Shown here: piece after piece, positions 1 to 13,889 of the stretch
Numbering within the stretch: position 1 is the stretch's first letter
How the letters are laid out: every line of letters begins with the position of its first letter
NCBI RefSeq assembly: GCF_963921235.1
Contig: NC_086108.1
Coordinates: forward strand, 78,804,001 to 78,868,000
Reading direction: 5' to 3'
Length of the DNA stretch: 64,000 nt
Source of the DNA: Mobula hypostoma
Lineage: Eukaryota
The notes under the pieces: model-generated
Database searches by the model: none
What the model saw: only the letters and a program-made list of their open reading frames with translations
Told to the model about the DNA's origin: nothing
Program-made: the position numbers and the translations under genes

Positions 1-451
1 CTCACTTGCACCACATCACGGGATCTTGCTGAAGAATCACAAACAAGCTTTAAGTCTGGTGTTACTGTTATGTTTGTAGCTCCAAGACATTAAGCTAATT
101 TTAAGGAAAGGACAGAAAGTCCGAAGGGAGAGTCTAACTTAGTTTCTTTAACTTTATGCATGGCAATGCTCTTGGCAAATTCTGGATGTGTTGGCATCAC
201 AGACAGTGCATGGCAAGCTGCTCGATCTGCTGATCTATCCCAGGTCACCAGATAAAGCTTTGAGCGATTGCTTTCATTTTGAATGGTGCCTAGATGAAAC
301 AAGTTCAATCCCAGAGCTGGTAAAAATGGGGGTACTGGAGTTTCTGCTATTTTGGAGCTACAAAACATAGCATATACATTATTCACTGTACAAGTTAATA
401 TTGAATTTTAAGAAAGCCAAAAGAGACCAAGACATCTTTTTCAATATCCAT

Positions 452-780
452 GGGTTACTGGCAAGGCCAGTGCTTATTTCTGAATCAAAATAAACTTTAT
501 TCATAATAATAAAAAAATTACATTAATATACCATGCAGCCTTTTCATTCTTTGCATTCATAGTCGATGCTTTCAGTACTGTTCGATTACATTCCAACACA
601 TCAATTGCACTGCTGCCACTCGTGATCCTCTGGGATGGTATTCTACTACAATAATTGAAGGGCTTCCTCACCCAATCCAGCCCCTCCCTTTGCCTTTCTC
701 TAATTGCCCTTGGTACTGGTACAACTGAATGGCTTGTTCGGCTACTTTTGAGAATAATTAAGGGACAACCACATTTTAGA
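452..780 (-). mobile_element. Ancient LINE 3' remnant interrupted by another LINE 3' tail (about 481-690)
   Basis: Segments 'tgggttactggcaaggccag' and 'ctaattgcccttg...aaccacatt' resemble an old elasmobranch LINE 3' end. The intervening part carries a minus-strand AATAAA. Recognition only. Confidence 0.35.
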
Positions 781-2561
781 AATTAGTTCTACTGTATCAA
801 AAATCTAAAAAGTTTTCCAAAACTAAAATAACTGAGCATATGACATGAATATTCCATACTGCATGTGATATTTCACAGCACTAATTTTCAGCATGTTCTG
901 AAATTAACTTGACTAAAATAAATTTTCACTAAGACTTATTTATCAGCTGCATCACCTCCTCTCTCCCGCAGCAGCTTGCAAGCACAATGTGAAACCCTCA
1001 CGTGAATTATCATGAACCAAAGCCAGGTAATCTGAAAATTCTGAACATCACACACGGTGATATTTCTGGAAATTTGCCTGGCAGTTGCTGGCTCTACCTT
1101 TCAAGATGAAGCAGCCCAAAGACAGAGTACAGGTCCTGTTCAGAACTTTGGTTAGAAATGCTCTCAGCTGCAATATGTTTCAATGGCATAATAATGCTGT
1201 TTCAAAGGTGTCAGTTCTCCAGGGTTTGAAAATCGGGAACAGTCAAAGCTATAATTTTGTGGGTTCAACTCAAACCTACATCGTTTAGTAAGAAAAGCCA
1301 AGCTGTCTGCATTCAACTTCAGTGACACCTCTCAGTTCTTGTGTTTCTTTAAAGAAATAACTGGAAAGGATTGCTCTACCACCTCTGTGCACAACTCATT
1401 CCCACCGCATCCCCAAACCTCATGCATAGCTGGAACTCTGGGGTTGCAAGGGTCAGTATTTATTGGCTCATCCCGAATTGCTCTTGAGAAGATGGTAGTG
1501 AGCGATCATAATTTGAACTGCTGCTGTCTGTGTGCTGAAAAACAGTGCTGGTAGATGGTGTGTTCCCTCTTGATAGTGAGACGAGAAGGTCAATTCCAGA
1601 GTGATTGTGTATGGTCTAAAAATCATCACATCTCGCTCCAGGATCAAGTTTTTTTTTATTTTTTTTTTTTTTACACACACATTGCTGAGAAAAATGTGCC
1701 ACTCCCACCAAGCTTGAATTTTTAGACTGGTATCCAATTGCAGTCTAATATTTAATAAATTTCAAGATACATTTGTGAGGCAAAAATATCAGTATCTGCA
1801 ATTGAGCCTTAACACCACATGCATCCCGAGATGAAAGGTGTTGTCAACTTGGAAGAATACCAAAAATGATTAAGTACATAGTCAAGTTCTCTGATGTGGA
1901 AATGTTTATTCTTGTGTTTCATTTATGGGGAAAAGAATATTTTTCATTTGCATAATGCCAGAAAAAAAATTGAAGTTCAAAGCAAACATCTGAGAATCTT
2001 GCATGTCCTTTTAACGGTTTTCCCACCAAGCTGCAACCTTCAAGTGTATGTATCATTCCAAACCTCTCTATTCCTGTACCCCGAGAAAATCATCTCTCCA
2101 TTATTTGCTTCTCTTCATTCTTCCCAGCAAAGTTCAAAATTTAAAGTAAATTTCTTATCAGAGTACATATATGTCACCACATGCAACTCTTGCAGGATAT
2201 CACAGTAAGTACAAGATACACAACAGAATCAACGAACAACTATACCCAACAAGACAGACAACAACCATCGTGCAAAACAAAAATCAACAAACTGCAAATA
2301 TAAAAAAGAGACAAAAAATAACAATAAATATCGAGAAAGAGATAAAGTGTCTTTGAAAGTGCGTCCATAGGCTGTGAGAACATTTCAGTGATGGAGCAAA
2401 GGAAGTTATCTCCTTTGGTTCAAAAGCCTGATGGTTGAGGGGTAATAATTGTTCCTAAACCTGGTGGTGCAGGTCCTGAGGCTCCTGTAACTTCTTCCTG
2501 ATGATAGCAGCAAGAGGAGAGCATGACCTGGATGGTGGCCCTTGATGATGGAAGCTGATTT

Positions 2562-3297
2562 AGCCAATAGACAATAAACAAGAGGTGCAGGAGTAGGCCA
2601 TTCAGCCCTTTGAGCCAGCACCGCCATTCACTGTGATCATGGCTGATCATCCACAATCAGTACCCTGTTCCTGCCTTCTCCCCATATCCCTTGACTCTGC
2701 TATCTTTAAGAGTTCTAACTCTTTCTTGAAAGAATCCAGAGAATTGGCCCCCACTGCCTTCTTAGGCAGAGCATTCCACAGATCCACAACCCTCTGTGTG
2801 AAAAAGTTTTTCCTCAACTCCGTTCTAAATGGTCTACCCCTTATTCTTAAACTGAGGTCTCTGGTTCAGGAACATCAGGAACATGTTTCATGCCTCTAGC
2901 ATGTCCAATCCCTTAATAATCTTACATGTTTCAATCAGATCTCCTCTCATCCTTCTAGATTCCAGTGTATACAAGCCCAGTCGCTCCAATCTTTCAACAT
3001 ATGACATTCCCACCATCCCTGGAATTAACCCAGTGAACTTACGCTGCACTCCCTCCATAGCAAGAATGTTCTTCCTCAAATTTGGAGACCAAAACTGCAC
3101 ACAATACTCCAGGTGGGGTCTCACCAGGGCCTTGTACAACTGCAGAAGGACTTCTTTGCTCCTATACTCAACTCCCCTTGTTATGAAGGCCAACATGTCA
3201 TTAGCTTTCTTCACTGCCTGCTGTACCTGTATGCTTACTTTCAGTGACTGATGAACAAGGCCACCCAGATCTCGTTGTACTTCCCCTTCTCCTAACT
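2562..3297 (-). mobile_element. 5'-truncated CR1 LINE (ORF2 C-terminus plus 3' UTR)
   Basis: ORF 2888-3328 LYKALVRPHLEYCVQFWSP..RGDLIET. TSD tgattt at 2556-2561 and 3298-3303. Confidence 0.92.
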
Positions 3298-3310
3298 TGA
3301 TTTCCTGCGG

Positions 3311-3627
3311 CTTTCTCTGTGGCACCAAGGCTGTGAACTGATCTGGCTGCTGTGTGTTTCTGCCGCACTGGTGTGATGAACTAGGGCTGAGATTTGGCTT
3401 GGGCCTACTTCAGCTGCTACAGGAGAAGACTGGGACTCAGTCAGGCTCGCAATGGTGTTGGCTTGCTTCTGTTGTTTGCATGATGTGTTTTTATTTCCTC
3501 TCTCTTTCTCTTTTTTTTAAATTGGGGTATTTGGGTTTCTTGTTTTCTGGCTGCCTGTAGGTAGATAAATTTCAAGGTGTATAATTTATACATTCTTCAA
3601 TAATAAATGTGCTTTGAATCCTTGAAC
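3311..3627 (+). mobile_element. Non-coding retroelement fragment with Rex1-type 3' tail
   Basis: Ends 'ctgcctgtag..tcaaggtgtat..aataaatgtgctttgaatccttgaa', a tail shared with other Rex1 3' ends in the window. Confidence 0.55.
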
Positions 3628-6600
3628 AGTGCTCTGTGTAGATGTGCTCAATAGTGAGGAGGATTTTACCCATGATGGACTGCACAATATCCACTGTTTA
3701 CCCTCCCTCACACATCTATGGAAGTTTGTCAAAGTTTTGGATGACTTGTCAAATCCTGGCAAACTTCTCAGGAAACAGAAACACTGCCATGCTTTCTTCG
3801 TAATAGCACACGTACTGGACCCAGGACAGAACCTCTGAAACGATAACACTGAGGAATTTAGAAGTTGCTGATCCTCTTCACTGCTGATCTCCCGATGAGG
3901 ACTGGCTCATAGACCTCTGGTTTCCTCTTCCAGAAGTCAATAATTATTTCTTTGGTCTTGCTGACATTGTGTGAGAGGTTGTTGATGTGGCACCACTCAG
4001 CCAGATTTTCAATCTCCCTTCTATATGCTGATTCGCCAACACCCTTGATTCAGCCAATGACAGTGGTGTCATCAGCAAACTTAAATATGGCTTTGGAGCT
4101 GTGCTTAGCCTCATAGTCAAGAGTATAAAGTGAGTTGAGCAGGAGCTAACACACAGTCTGTGGTGCATCTGTGCTGATAGAGATTGTGTAGGAGATGCTG
4201 TTACCTATCCAAACCGAATGGGGTCTGCAAATGACAAAATCAAGGATGCAATTGCACAACGAGGTATTGCCTAGGAATAGAAGCTTATTGATTGGTTTTG
4301 AGGAGGTGATAGTATTTAATACCGAGCTGTAGTCAATAAAGAGCATCCTGATATACATAGTTTTGCTGTCCTGATGTTCCAGGATTGAGTGAAGAGCCAA
4401 TGAATGAAATAGCATCTGCTGTTGAACTGTTTTGATGGTAGGCAAATTGGAGTGGATCCAATTCACTTCTCAGGCAGGAATTGATACATTTCATCACCAA
4501 CCTCTCAAAGCACATCAACATAGTGGAAGAGAGTGCTACTGGACGATAGTCATGGAAGCAGAAAACCACGACCTTCTTGCAACACTTCCAAAATACATCA
4601 CGTGGATTTCCTGGCATTAAGGTATCTTTTCGGCCACATGTTCGATGATTGCACCAATTACTTCAAATGCAGATAAATCATTACTTTCTTGATATGCCAA
4701 CACAATGTCATTTTTGATCCAAAAAGTCAAGGCATTGATGATTTCTTTCAGTTCAAGACTGTCATCAACAGCCATGCTGATTATATGTGAATTTTCATTT
4801 TAAGAACATTCCTCCATTAAAGTTACCATCGTGCCTTCAACTGACACCAGTAACCTGGATCATTCTTGAGCAGCTCTGCCTACAGTCAAAATTGCTCTTC
4901 AAGTCTCTGCAGCTCACTACTGCATTTTACATTCAAAACAAAAGCTCAACATGAAGAGAGTAAAAGAAGCCAATTTTTCCCAATGGAACAAGTATGATGG
5001 ACGGCCAATACTCTTCACTGATTTACAGCAAGAACTAAAAAGATCAGTATCTTCCGCCACAGAGCCCAATGACAATAAAAGACTTTACCTGGCAGCACCT
5101 CAAAGTTTCCTAATCAGATTTAGAAAACAAACTCAGAATATTGCAATTAGTTTAATCCCATAGCGCCTATACTGAATCAGCTAAAATCACTTTCCTGCTA
5201 TTATGAAGGAAAAAGCATCATTAGAAAAAAAATCTGATATTTTCTCAATGCTGTAGGTTCAAAGAAAGGAGAGACTTATACACAATGGCCATGCTCTAGA
5301 TTTAAATCAGAGCATCAAGCCAAATAACAATGTAACAATTAGAAACAAACCAATTGATCTCAGCCAGTAAATTAAACCTCACACAACTTTTGATCTGGAA
5401 GTTTAAAACATTCAGGGAAAGGAAGACCAAGGAATAGCATTAGTAGCTATTCCAAAGTTTTTAATTCCTGATCTCACAAGAAATATAGAGATAGACTTAT
5501 GAAATTGAACAGAAGAGTAGCAACAGTATGGTTTGAAACAAGGCAATTTCAACTCGCTGTCATAGTGATTTACTATGGCACTTCTGGGTCAGATGTGAAA
5601 CATTAATCATTATAATAGCATGTCCATTAATAATTAGAAAACAGTCAGCTGTCAATAAACATGACCTACTCTCCCTTCTTACACTTTCATACTGGGAGAT
5701 TACCATCACAATTTACTAATTCACTAATGCAAGAGTTAAACATTTTCTTGGTCAGCAAGGTTCTTTTGCACACAATTTAATAAATAGGTTGCAGCTTATG
5801 TTTAAAGTTTACCAGTTAGCTTGGTCTATATTCTAAATGGTGGAAATATTTGCACTGACCTCATTACTTCCCTTCATATGAACATTAGTAGTTTATCTTA
5901 TATTTCAACATAACTTCTAAAAATTAAGAACCAGACATTATCTCTAGCAGAGTATTCCTCAACACATCATTTTTCCAAATTTCAAATCTCAGTCATCCTT
6001 CACCTGACCTATAATAGTCTAAATAGTGATAACATGGAGATAATGGCATGGAACCGAACAACAGCAAAGGAAAATGCATCATTTCACAGAAATAAATCAT
6101 AAAGATACTGGTCTCAATCCTAACAGTAACAATCCTGTAGAGTAGTATCCTTATCTACTTTGTTGTGCTTCTTCTCATTTACCTCTATTGAATCTAAACC
6201 CGTTCCTTCACAAGAAATCTAATGAATTAGCAATTACTTGATCTTCTCATCAGCCCTCAATAACTCCCTTATTTTCAAATAATATGCTCAGTTAAAACAC
6301 TACAATCAAATCCCTTCCACTGCTGAAGCCTATGTACTTCAAAAGACCCAATTATCAACCATATATGCCTCTAATGTTCCAATATGATCAGGTGATGAAT
6401 TAAAGATCTCCCTTGATGATGACCTGTAGTTCATCAATTGATGGCTCACATTCTAGAATGGTAACGATGAGAGGGGTTGAATTGAAGCAACGGATGACAA
6501 GATTAAAGGCACGTTAAAACAAAATGTTTTCCCTCGAATAATGTGATTTATAATTCACTGCTTGAAAAATGGTTAAGGCAGAAATTGCTGCCACTTTTAA

Positions 6601-6865
6601 AGATCAGTGGACAAGCACTTAATGTACTATGTGCTATAATGGACAAGAACTGGAAAGTAGGAATAGACTTTGCCATTAACATGATGTACTCATTCCCAAA
6701 ACATGAACTCATACCCCTCCTATTTGTCTCAGGAAGATTCCATGGAATTTACAAGGGAACATGTTGCCTTGAAGAAATCTTAAATAGTGTCATATTTGTC
6801 TTTTTGAATAAAGTAATTATCAAAATCCATATATTGCACCACATACTACCTTGAGATTCATTTTC

Positions 6866-8133
6866 CTCCCTCTTTTACGGATCGTGCTTTTCAAATTTGG
6901 AAGACTAAGGGTATTTCACGGTTTTTGGATTTATTTTTAGATGGTTCCCTTATGTCTTTTGAACAATTATCTAATAAATATAATTTATCAAGAATACATT
7001 TTTTTTAGATATCTACAAGTTAGAAATTCCCTAAGTACTATACTTTTTTCTTTTCCTATGCTTCCTCCTACATACATTTTAGATACTATAATTAACCTTA
7101 ATCCATGTCAGAAAGATGCATCTGCTATGATTTATAATATTATTATGAAACTTAGGAAAGCTCTATTTGATAAGATTAGGGTAGATTGGGAACAGGAATT
7201 GGGATCTATCATTTCCGTGGATGACCGGGGGCAGATTTTACAATTAGTCAATACTTCCTCTATCTGTGCTAAACATTCCCTAATTCAATTTAAAGTTGTT
7301 CATAGAGCACATATGTCCAAAGATAAATTAGCTTGCTTTTATTCTCATATTAATCCTTTTTGTTATAGATGTCCGGGGCAGATAGCCTCTTTAACTCATA
7401 TGTTTTGGTCTTGTCCTACTCTGGAAACTTTTTGGAGAGACATTTTTAATATTATCTCAAAGGTATTGAATATAGATATCTCTCCTCGCCCTATTACTGC
7501 TATCTTTGGACTACCTAAAATTTCCAGTAATCTTTCTCCTTCAGCCCGTAGAATGATTGCATTTCTTACTCTAATGGCGAAAAGATGTATCTTACAACAT
7601 TGGAAAGAGCTTAATGCTCCAACTACCTTTTTTTGGTTTTCTCAGACGATATTATGCTTGAATTTGGAGAAAATTAGAAGCAATCTTTATGATTCCTCAC
7701 TTAAATTTGAACAGACCTAGAGATCTTTTATTCAATATTTTCATTTAATGTAATTTTTTTTCTCTTTTTTTTGCTCCACATTTATATACCCTTCTTGTTT
7801 TTTTTTACTGTTTTTAATGGAGGTCGGGATTGAGGACGTGATTTTAAGTTTTTTAACTCTGCTTGGTTCCAAGTTAGCCCATTGCTTTGCTTTGCTTTTA
7901 GTTAGTTGCACAGTGGGGTTTTTTGGGGTTTTTTTTTTCTTTTTCTCTATTGATATATATATAAAAATTAGTATACTATTATGTTACCTTAGTATGTTAT
8001 GCTTAAATTACATTGTTTGTATCTTTTTTTTGTATTAATATCTCCTGTAATTTTATTACATTCTAACAGTGTATTAGTGCCTATATGGCTTACCTTTTTG
8101 TATACTTATTCAATAAAAAGATTTAAAAAGAAA
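6866..8133 (+). mobile_element. 5'-truncated L1/Tx1-clade LINE (ORF2 C-terminus with Cys/His motif, 3' UTR, A-rich tail)
   Basis: ORF 6941-7720 HSLIQFKVVHR..CYRC..SLTHMFWSC..FW. AATAAA and A-rich tail. 13-bp TSD gagattcattttc at 6853-6865 and 8134-8146, inside a Rex1 3' UTR spanning about 6810-8400. Confidence 0.92.
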
Positions 8134-8429
8134 GAGATTCATTTTCTTCCAGGCATTACAGGAAAATAAAGAAATACAATACAACTTATGAAAAATTACA
8201 TATAACAAAGACTGACAAACAACCAAGGTACAAAAGAAGGCAGATGAGGCAAAAAAATTAAAGTAAATAAGGAACATGAGTTTCCGAGTCCATGAACATG
8301 AATTTATAGCTTGTGGAGTCACTTCAGCATTGAGACAGGTGAAGTTATCCACGCTGGATCAGGGTAATAACTGTTCCTGAACCTGGTGGTGTGGGATCTA
8401 AATCTATCCCTCAGACATTATACCAAAAA

Positions 8430-8690
8430 GGAAGATGCAAGGGCAAAAAGCCCCCTCAACCCCACTGAGCCAGGAATGACCATTTACACTCACTCTACAT
8501 TTTGTTTAATTGTCCCTGCATCTTTACCAACTCACCCCAAATTCTACCATTCAGCTATACACTTGGGGAAACTTACAGCAGCCAATTAATCTCCCAACCT
8601 GCCTCTAAGATGTGAGAGGCAACCAGAGCACCTGGAGAAAATCCATGTCGTTACAGGGATGGCACACAAAGCATTTGTCAGCGCTGAGTT
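8430..8690 (-). mobile_element. Degraded HE1-like V-domain SINE
   Basis: 'gatgtgagaggcaaccagagcacctggagaaaatccatg' is the reverse complement of the core seen at 13480-13520. Confidence 0.6.
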
Positions 8691-8849
8691 TGAGGTTACA
8701 CATCTGTTTTCCCTACCAGAAAATAGCAGGCATTAAACCAGTGGGAAGTGCATATGGATAACAATGTATCTCCCCAGATGATTCTTCACAAGAGGACTGG
8801 AATTGTTCCTGCTTTTCTAATGGCGGCATTTTCACTTATTTTTATAAGA

Positions 8850-9240
8850 CACAATAAGTATCTGGAGCAATGAACAAGCTATTGGAAGAACTCAGCATGT
8901 CAGACGGCATTTGTGGATACAAAAGGGACAGTTGACATTTTGTGACAAGACCCTGCATCAGAACTAAGAGTAAAGGGAAGACAGGCAGTATAAAGGGGTG
9001 AGGGAGAAGGGTGAAGCAGGAACTGGCAAGTGATAGGTGAATTGAGGTGAGGAGTTGTTGATGGGCAGGTAGAGACAGATGGAGTGGAGAGGGCAGAGAT
9101 GGAAGCTGGGAGGTGATGGTGGAGGCAACAAATGTTGAAAATCATGGAATCTGATAAGAAAGTATGGTAGTTATCAGAAGCAGATATGGATGGCTGCCGG
9201 ACAAAAGGGATAGAGAAATGAGTGGGCTGAGTGGTAAAGA
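8850..9240 (-). mobile_element. Degraded Penelope-like element 3'/pLTR fragment
   Basis: Purine-rich tract and a degenerate hammerhead motif (minus strand agttctgatgcagggtcttgtcacaaaatgtcaact), similar to other copies. Confidence 0.6.
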
Positions 9241-9970
9241 GATAAATAACTACTTCAGCTGGGAATCTCCAGTTCTCTCCTGAAGATCTGTGGAAGCCAT
9301 GTGAACTGCTGACTAGTTTAAAATCAGCTGCTGTCTGGGAAAGAAAGCAAAACCATGTAACATCTAACTCAGCCATAATAGTGAGTAATGCTCACCTTCA
9401 ATACTTAACCAGAACAGAAATTTTACATCAATGACTGCAACTGCGAACAATGCAACTGTTTGCCTTTGGGAATGGCCAATTTTGATGAATCCACAATACA
9501 ACATTTCATAAATGTATCTCAGGAACTAGCAATATGTCTTCCTGAGGTATGTCACCATTAAGTAATGCTGAGTATTAACAACTATTATGGAATATTCCAA
9601 ACTTGGATATGGACTTGTTTTTAAATCAAGCCTAAAAATCATTCTAAAATAAACATAAAAATGAATCAAAAGGATTTCTACTGTATGTCAGAAAGAAAAG
9701 CCAAGGCAAACATTGTTCCCTTAGAAGCAGAAATGGAAGAACTTATAAAGGGGAATAAGAAAATGTATAAGAAATTAAAGTGCTTTACACCCATCTTCAC
9801 TACGAATCAGCCAAAAACACCGAAGGTCCAACTCATCTTGCAAGGATGAGAAACTAAACAAGTATTAATCACAAAGTCATACCAGGAAATAACCTGCACT
9901 GAAGAACTTCAAAACAGGACTCCTTGAGAAGCGTAGTACGACTGGGCAGGTGCCGATTTATACAATTAAG

Positions 9971-12900
9971 ACCATAAGACAAAGGAGCAGAAGCCGGCCA
10001 TTCAGCCCATCCAGTCTGCTCTGCCATTTTATCATGAGCTGATCCACTCTCCTATTTAGTCCCACTCCCCCGCCTTCTCACCATAACCTTTGATGCCCTG
10101 GCTACTCAGATACCTATCAACGTCTACCTTAAATGCACCCAACGACTTGACCTCCACTGCCACCCGTGGCAACAAATTCCACAGATTCACCACCCTCTGG
10201 CTAAAAAAAATTCTTTGCATCTCTGTTCTGAATGGGCACCCTTCAATCCTTAAGTCATGCCCTCTCGTACTACACTCCCCCACCATGGGAAACAACTTTA
10301 CCACATCCACTCTGTCCATGCCTTTCAACGTTCGAGATGTTTCTATGAAGTCCCGCATTATTCTTCTAAACTCCAAGGAGTACAGTCCAAGAGCGGTCAA
10401 ACTTTCCTCATGTTAACCCTTTCATTCCCGGAATCATTCTAATTAATCTTTTCTGAACCCTCTCCAACGTCAGCACATCCTTGCTTAAATAAGGAGCCCA
10501 AAACTGCACACAGTACTCCAAGTGAGGTCTTACCAGTGCCTTATACAGCCTCAACATCACACCCCTGCTCCTATACTCTATTCGTCTAGAAATGAATGCC
10601 AACATTGCATTCGCCTTCTTCACCACCGACTCAACCTGGAAGTTAACCTTAAGAGTATCCTGCACGAGGACTCCCAAGTCCCATTGCATCTCAGAACTTT
10701 GAATTCTCTCCCCATTTAAATAATAGTCTGCCTGTTTATTTCTTCTACCAAAGTGCATAACTATACATTTTACAACATTGTATTTCATTTGCCACTTCTT
10801 TGCCCATTCTCCCAATCTATCCAAGTCTCTCTGCAGACTCTCTGTTTCCTCAGCATTACCGGCCCCTCCACCTATCTTTGTATCATCAGCAAACTTAGCC
10901 ACAAAGCTATCTATCCCATAATCCAAATCGCTGATGTACAACATAAAAAGCGGCTCCAACACGGACCCCTTTGGAACACCACTGGTGACGGGCAGCCAAC
11001 CAGAATAGGATCCCTTTATTCCCACTCTCTGTTTCCTGCCAATCAGCCAATGCTCTATCAACGTATGTAACTTTCCCGTAATTCCATGGGCTCTTATCTT
11101 GTTTAGCAGCCTCATGTGCTGCACCTTGTCAAAGGCCTTCTGAAAATCCAAATACACAACATCCACTGCATCTCCCTTGTCTAGCTACTTGTAATTTCCT
11201 CAAAAAATTGCAATAGGTTTGTCAAGCAGGGTTTTCCTTTAAGGAAACCATGCTCAGTTCTGCCTATCTTGTCATATGCCTCCAGGTACTTCATAACATC
11301 ATCCTTGACAATCAACTCCAACAACTTCCCAACCACCGATGTCAAGCTAACAGATCTATAATTTCCTTTTTGCTTCCTTGCCCATTTCTTAAATAGCGGA
11401 GTGACATTTGAAATCTTCCAGTCTTCCAGAACTATGCCAGAATCTACTGACTTTTGAAAGATCATTGCTAATGCCTCCGCAATCTCCACAGCTACTTCCT
11501 TCAGAACACGTGGGTGCATTCCATCTGGTCCAGGAGATTTATCTACCCTTAGAGTATTCAGCTTCCTGAGTACTTTCTCTGTCATAATTGTGACTGCGCA
11601 CGCTTCTCTTGCCTGCCACCCTTGAGTGTCCGGTATACTGCTGATGTCTTCCTCAGTGAAGATTATGCAAAATACTCGTTCAGTTCCTCTGCCATCTCCT
11701 TATCTACTATTACAATTTCTCCAGCATCATTTTCTGTCGGTCCTATATCTACTCTCACCTGTCTTTTACTCTTTATGTACTTGAAAAAGCTTTTAGTATC
11801 CTCTTTGATATTATTTGCTAGCTTCCTTTCATAGTTCATCTTTTCCCTCTTAATGATCTTCTTAGTTTCCTTTTGTAAGCTTTTAAAAACTTCCCATCCT
11901 CTGTCTTCCCACTAATTTTTGCTTCCTTGTATGCTCTCTCCTTTGCTTTAACTTTGGCTTTGACTTCTCCTCAGCCATGGTTGCAACCTTTTTCCATTCG
12001 AAAATTTCTTCTTTTTTGGAATACATCTGTTTTGCACCTTCCTCACTTCTCGCATAAATTCCAGCCACTGCTGCTCTGCCGTCTTTCCCGCCAGTGTCCC
12101 TTTCCAGTCAACTTTGGCCAGTTCCTCTCTCATGCCACTGTAATTTCCTTTACTCCACTGAAATACCAATACATCGGATTTCAACTTCTCTTTCTCAAAT
12201 TTCACAGTGAACTCAATCATGTTATGATCACTGCCTCCTAAGGGTTCCTTCACCTCAATCTCTCTAATCACCCCTGGTGCATTACACAATACCCAATCCA
12301 GTACAGCCGATCCCCTATTGGGCTCAACAACAAGCTGTTCTAAAAAGCCATCTCGCAGACATTCTACAAATCCATCGCCCATCTGTCGTTCCTGACATCT
12401 TTACTGCTCACTATCTTAGACTTATTTCTGTTTTCCCCCTCCTCCGCTCTATCATTCCGGTTCCAATCCCCCTGCCGAATTAGTTTAAACCCACCCTAAC
12501 AGCTCTACTAAACCTTCCCACCAGGATATTGGTCCCCTTCGGGTTCAGGTGTAACCCGTCCTTTTTGAACAGGTCATACTTCCCCCAGCAGAGATCCCAA
12601 GGATCCAAGAATCTGAACCCCTGCCTCCTGCACCAGTCTCTCAGCCACACATTCGTTGGCCTGATCCTACTATTCTTGCCCTTGCTAGCACGTGGCACAG
12701 GTAGTAATTCTGAGATTATACCCTGGAGGTCCTGCTTCTCAGCTTCCTTCCTAACTCCCGGAAATCTCCCTTCAGGACCTCCTCCCTTTTCCTATCTATG
12801 TCATTGGTACCAACTTGTACCAAGACAACTGGCTGCTCACCCTCTCCCTTCAGAATATTCTGGACCCGATCCAAGACATCCTGTACCATGGCACCTGGGA

Positions 12901-13013
12901 GCCAACACACCATGCGGGTATCTCTATCAGGCTCACAGAATCTCAGGTCCATTCCCCTGACTGTGGAATCCCCTATGACTACCACATTCCTCTTCTCCCT
13001 CCTTTCCTGCTGC
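9971..13013 (-). mobile_element. CR1 LINE with ORF1 SGNH-esterase part, internally deleted endonuclease, RT and 3' end
   Basis: ORF1 VVVIGDSTVRG..VQVGTNDI..DGLHLN. ORF2 SDHNMIEF, KSPGPDG, YLDFQKAFDKV, FADDTK, VRPHLEYC. TSD acaattaag at 9962-9970 and 13014-13022. Flanked by an older plus-strand CR1 remnant (about 9650-9960 and 13023-13385). Confidence 0.95.
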
Positions 13014-13385
13014 ACAATTAAGCTGGTGTTTGACTAACCAGGAGCAAATTAGACAAAGCTGAGTTGGTGAATGTTGTGCATTTGGATTATAGAAGGTTTG
13101 TGGTAAGGGTCCACACAGGAGGTTGGGCAACGATGTAGGAGTATGAAGTTGAATGCAGTATGCATATAGAGTTCAGAAATTGGCTAGACGGAGTGGGAGT
13201 GGGAACAAATGGATCATTCTCAGGTTGTCAAAGAGTGACTCGTGGGATACTGCTGTGATTGGCGCTTGCACACCAATTATTCAATGATTTTGCAGAGGGT
13301 CCATGTGACATATTTCAAAGTTTGGTAAGAATATGGCTGAAGAGGATGACCTAAAGGGGCTTCAAGTGGACATGGAGAAGTGTGG

Positions 13386-13620
13386 GGGGGGGCACAGTAG
13401 CATAGTGGTTAGCACAACACTTTACAGTACAGGTGACCCAGGTTCAATTTCCGCTGCTGACTGTAAGGACTGTAAGTGACCATGTGGGTTTCCTCCAGGT
13501 GCTCCAGTTTCCTCCCACAGTCCAAAGACCTACCTGTTGGTAGGTTAATTGGTCATTGTAAATTGTCCTGTGATTAGCCTAGAGTTAAACTGGGAGTCAC
13601 TGGGCAGCATGGCCCGAAAT
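13386..13620 (+). mobile_element. tRNA-derived V-domain SINE (HE1-like)
   Basis: A-box tagcatagtgg, B-box ggttcaatttc, core gggtttcctccaggtgctccagtttcctcccac. Confidence 0.85.
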
Positions 13621-13889
13621 AAAACTGTGTGTCTTATTGTAATGTAATGATGAAAAATACAGAGCTATCCACTCCACTGCACACCACATAAATCAGAGTT
13701 TTTTTTCAATGCTGAGAATTCGGGTGATGTAGATGTTTGATAAAGGCTTGCTGTTTTTCCATTTGAGTCAATGAAAGCCGACATGCTGGTGAAGTATGCA
13801 ATTAGGAATGTAAATGGTATGAGACCATAGCTTGCAGGTTGACTCGGTAGTAAGGAAGGTAAATGCAATGTTTGCAATAAGTTTGTGAG

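Larger units (their letters stand above)
2128..4585 (-). mobile_element. Decayed Rex1/Babar-type LINE (RT plus 3' end), interrupted by two insertions
   Basis: Frameshifted ORFs [54 protein letters not shown] and SGRSYRSLRTCTTRFRNNYYPSTIRLLN. Short-repeat tail at about 2130. Confidence 0.85.

Noticed and set aside
90..386. 98-aa ORF and similar short ORFs in unique DNA
   Set aside because: No recognisable domains or consistent splice context. Lengths are as expected by chance.
2562..3627. CR1/Rex-tail chimera
   Set aside because: A TSD and a few bases of host Rex1 sequence separate the two pieces, so they are independent insertions.
13386..13470. tRNA gene
   Set aside because: A/B boxes continue into a SINE core with no complete cloverleaf. 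The same applies to 48621-48690.
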